64,000 nucleotides of DNA from Lingula anatina (taxonomy: Eukaryota > Animalia > Brachiopoda): assembly GCA_051362555.1 (NCBI GenBank), contig CM120643.1:20030848-20094847 (forward strand), read 5' to 3'. Position numbers and translations under genes: made by a program. The notes beneath the pieces were generated by a model. The model worked only from the letters and a program-made list of their open reading frames with translations, made no database searches and was not told the DNA's origin. Positions within the stretch are counted from its first letter, which is position 1. Every line of letters begins with the position of its first letter. This document shows, piece by piece, positions 60,712 to 64,000 of this stretch.

Positions 60712-63250
60712 TGGCTAGTCAGCTTGCTCAGGTTGAACCCCCTGTAAATCGCTGACCAAATTATAGATTCACATTTTTGGGATTCCCTACACCCCAATTC
60801 CTTGGAAAACCCCTGCCAACAATACAAGCAGGCGTTTTTAATGAAGTCTACAACTCCAAAACTCACTATACAAGTCAATACTGTGCACTAATAATCCATG
60901 CGACTTTGACATGCACACTTCTCATCAAGGAAGACCTACTATTCCGCCAAGTAATATTAAATAACATGCACTTACTTGACACAAGGACCCAGTAAGCTTG
61001 ACAGTGGCATTAATATTTATAATTTACATTCTTATAATCCACAAGGGCTGTTCATATATAAGTCAGAGATATAAAATGATATTTTCCAATTTCTTTTTTA
61101 AACCACAAGTAGGACCACAAGTGTTCGCTGTCTGAGCTGGTCGACAGGCCTTCTCTTTTGATCCTTTTTTACATGAAAATAGCATGTTGCCTCCCCATAG
61201 AGCTACAAGCTTCGGTACAAATTATAACATCGTGGCAGAATTGACAGTCCAACAATGTAGCTGTAAGAGGCCTTTCAAATGAACAACAGCTTTTGCACTC
61301 TGTCAACATAATGCCATCACAAAAGACTCACTTTCATCCAAATGTCATTGGTCACGTTCAGTCAGTTTAAAGCAAAAATGTTTTAGTCACAACTTCAAGA
61401 AGTAGAGGCCTGTATTCTGACTGCAACCTCACCAATACAAGCCAGTAGCCAGCAATTTTAAAACTGGGTTTCTTTCTTCTAAACATACTAAACTTTTTTC
61501 TGTGACATTTGTATTTATAGGTTATACATTTTGAATCAATTTTCATTCAGAATAGACCCTTCTCGGACAAAAGTGTGGTGTATTTGACCTCCCCCCCCCC
61601 CCCCCCCCGCCCACACTCTAGCCTATGGGTATTCCAACCTTATATATGATCCCAGACTGTACCCAACAAACATTTTAGCTTACTTTTTCTCTGCGTGACA
61701 CATGGCTCTAAGAATCCACTGACCCAAGGCACAAACAGTGGCAAGTTATAGAACAAATTTTCTAAAATTTACTGGGCCATCTTTGCTATTACTAGCATTT
61801 GGAAGGAGTCTAATGTTTAACCCCCCCCCCCCCCCCCCCCCACCACCACCACCACCGTCTATTATCTGGGGTAAGCTGTATATATTCTGAATACCAAATC
61901 TAGGCAGAATCAGAGAAGGGGGGATGAAGTGTGTACTTTATTAAGTTAAAACTAAAACAATTTTGGTAAAAACTGACTTAACACAGACATATTTTCGCTT
62001 CGATTCATTCATTCCTGTCACAAAATATCATCTTCAAGTCAACCTGTCACGGTTTGGTGCCATATTTCAATGGGCTCTGCCCATCATGTCATTCAATCAA
62101 CAGTTTCCCTTCCGTGCCAAGCCAATAATAAGGATTCTTTGCCCCTAATTATGGGACTGAAATGTATGGGACAAAAATATTTTACCTGTACAATATGCTT
62201 TCACATGTGTCACTTAAGAGAGAGCCATGCTTAGGTGTCATTTATTTATACAACTAACAGTATAGCACAGTAAAGAACGCAGACAAGGTACTTGTCTATA
62301 CCATCAATCTTAGTGTGTTCTTCTCAGGCTTGTGTCTGTTTTTTTTTCCTTCTTTTTTTTCCACACAGAAATGTAGTCCTAATTTCAGATTAGAAAAATC
62401 ATGTACTTTTAATTTACAGCGAGTCTGCCAAAGCACTACTAGTAATCAGACTAGAAATGTTCTAGCATTGACTAGTAAGCAAACTTATGCTGCTTCTGCA
62501 CTTTACAACCAGCTAAGTATGACCTAGCTATTTTTTTCTTCCTTTTTGCCTAATTTTTGTCTTTCTTTCCTTCGCTCACTTGGTAATAAGTTAAAACTTT
62601 CAGTTTTTCCCTCTTGCAGTTAACTAAAGTGGGAAATGCTAAAATATTCTTTACACTTCCTGTCAGCAGTTCAGGCTGTTTCATCAACAAAGCCATATTA
62701 GTAGGTCAGCAGTCGGCATTGCTTTATCATGCAACTTGTTAATGATCTACTTTTAGAACAAAACCATGTGAACAGTCTTTCAAAGTTGCTTACATATGCA
62801 TATTCCATCCATATCTTTATATGCTCTGAATGTCAATGATCTCAAAAATTGAATCCGCCCAAATCGAGTATGCTTATCTTACCAAAGAAACAGGTTAAGA
62901 TTTATTTGTACTTCAAACTAGACTACATACATATTGATGAAGAAAAAAGATTACAGAATTTTTTTTTTCTCAAGATTAATTTTTATATGCAACCCTGAAT
63001 ATTTCAATCAACATCTCTGATGTGTTCCGTTGCGACTCAATTAAGTTTGCTATTGTGTCTGCCCTGAGTATCAAAACTTCTACTAAGAATCCATGTGCTT
63101 CCAAATTCCAAATATCAGAATTAACAGACTTCATTTACTGCTCCTGTTGTAACAAATACAACTTCTCTCTATTCTCTGGACATTAAATGTCTACTAGCAA
63201 AAAATTTCATTTCTGTTGGTACAAACTTGAACTTAAAATACATGTATCTG

Positions 63251-63252
<2 letters not shown>

Positions 63253-63298
<46 letters not shown>
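63253..63298. repeat. (TG)n microsatellite
   Basis: Read directly from the sequence. Confidence 0.92.
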
Positions 63299-63300
<2 letters not shown>

Positions 63301-64000
63301 TGAGTGTGCCCAAACTTTAAAGCACTCTAAAATTAATCCTCCACATCTAATAACAAAATCATTCTGATAAAGGAGATATTGAAACAAGAACACTCCTTCA
63401 GGTCGACAGCTCGGGTCAACTTTCTATCAGTATAGAACAGATAGTACTGAGGCAGACTCAACACTGTTTACACCAACACCAACTAAAAAACATCATGACA
63501 GAAAACAATCTTGTAAAACCTCAAACAGAAATATGTCCATACCCATGAATTGCCCACTGCATACCAATGGGCTATATAGCGAGGGGAAGAGATAAATTTT
63601 AAATGACAGAAAGAATGGAAAGAATGTTTTTTCAAAATTGCAGTGAAACTTAGTCATGTATTGAATGTATAAGAGGTAGCATGTACCCTTCACGAAGTAA
63701 AATATTTTGGTGTAGGATTAAAAATAGATCAATTCAATCAACTCTTAATGCATTTAGATAGCCTTATTTTGAGAAAATGTTTTATCTGTCTTTCAAAAAT
63801 AACGTTATTCAAAAATAGTCTGTGGCATACTTACTCTCCCCCCCCCCCCAACCAATGTTTCAATACAATGCTAACTCCCTTACCTTATTATCAATATTTT
63901 GACACAATTCTATATTGACATAAATTTGTTAATTTACTAAACCAAAACTGAAAACCTAATATGCATCTTGAACCAATGGTTGCTTACAATAAATATAAAT

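Overview
AT-rich, intron-containing animal genomic DNA. The repeat types suggest a marine invertebrate or lophotrochozoan, but that is an inference. The left half holds a complete minus-strand PPP1R16/MYPT3-TIMAP-family gene (ankyrin-repeat, CAAX-prenylated PP1 regulatory subunit). I reconstructed 10 coding exons with GT-AG sites and consistent phases (27458->4384, 738 aa, ending CCVIL). There is also a candidate 42-nt in-frame cassette exon and candidate 5'UTR exons as far upstream as ~55.2 kb. The middle holds a 12.2-kb Mutator-superfamily (Phantom/Muta-like) DNA transposon at 35203-47431. It has an exact 8-bp TSD, foldback-type ends made of 16-bp tandem repeats, and an apparently intact 4-exon, 474-aa FLYWCH + DDE transposase with TATA/Inr and polyA signal. 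It also carries several kb of unexplained, partly duplicated, ORF-like cargo. The rest is non-coding DNA with many small non-autonomous DNA transposons (Harbinger-type MITEs with 3-bp TSDs, CAG-ended MITEs with 5-bp TSDs, Helentron/HINE-like elements) and microsatellites. I cannot demonstrate a wholly new system. The best leads are the intact cargo-bearing MULE and the cassette exon next to the PKA-site region of the PP1 subunit.
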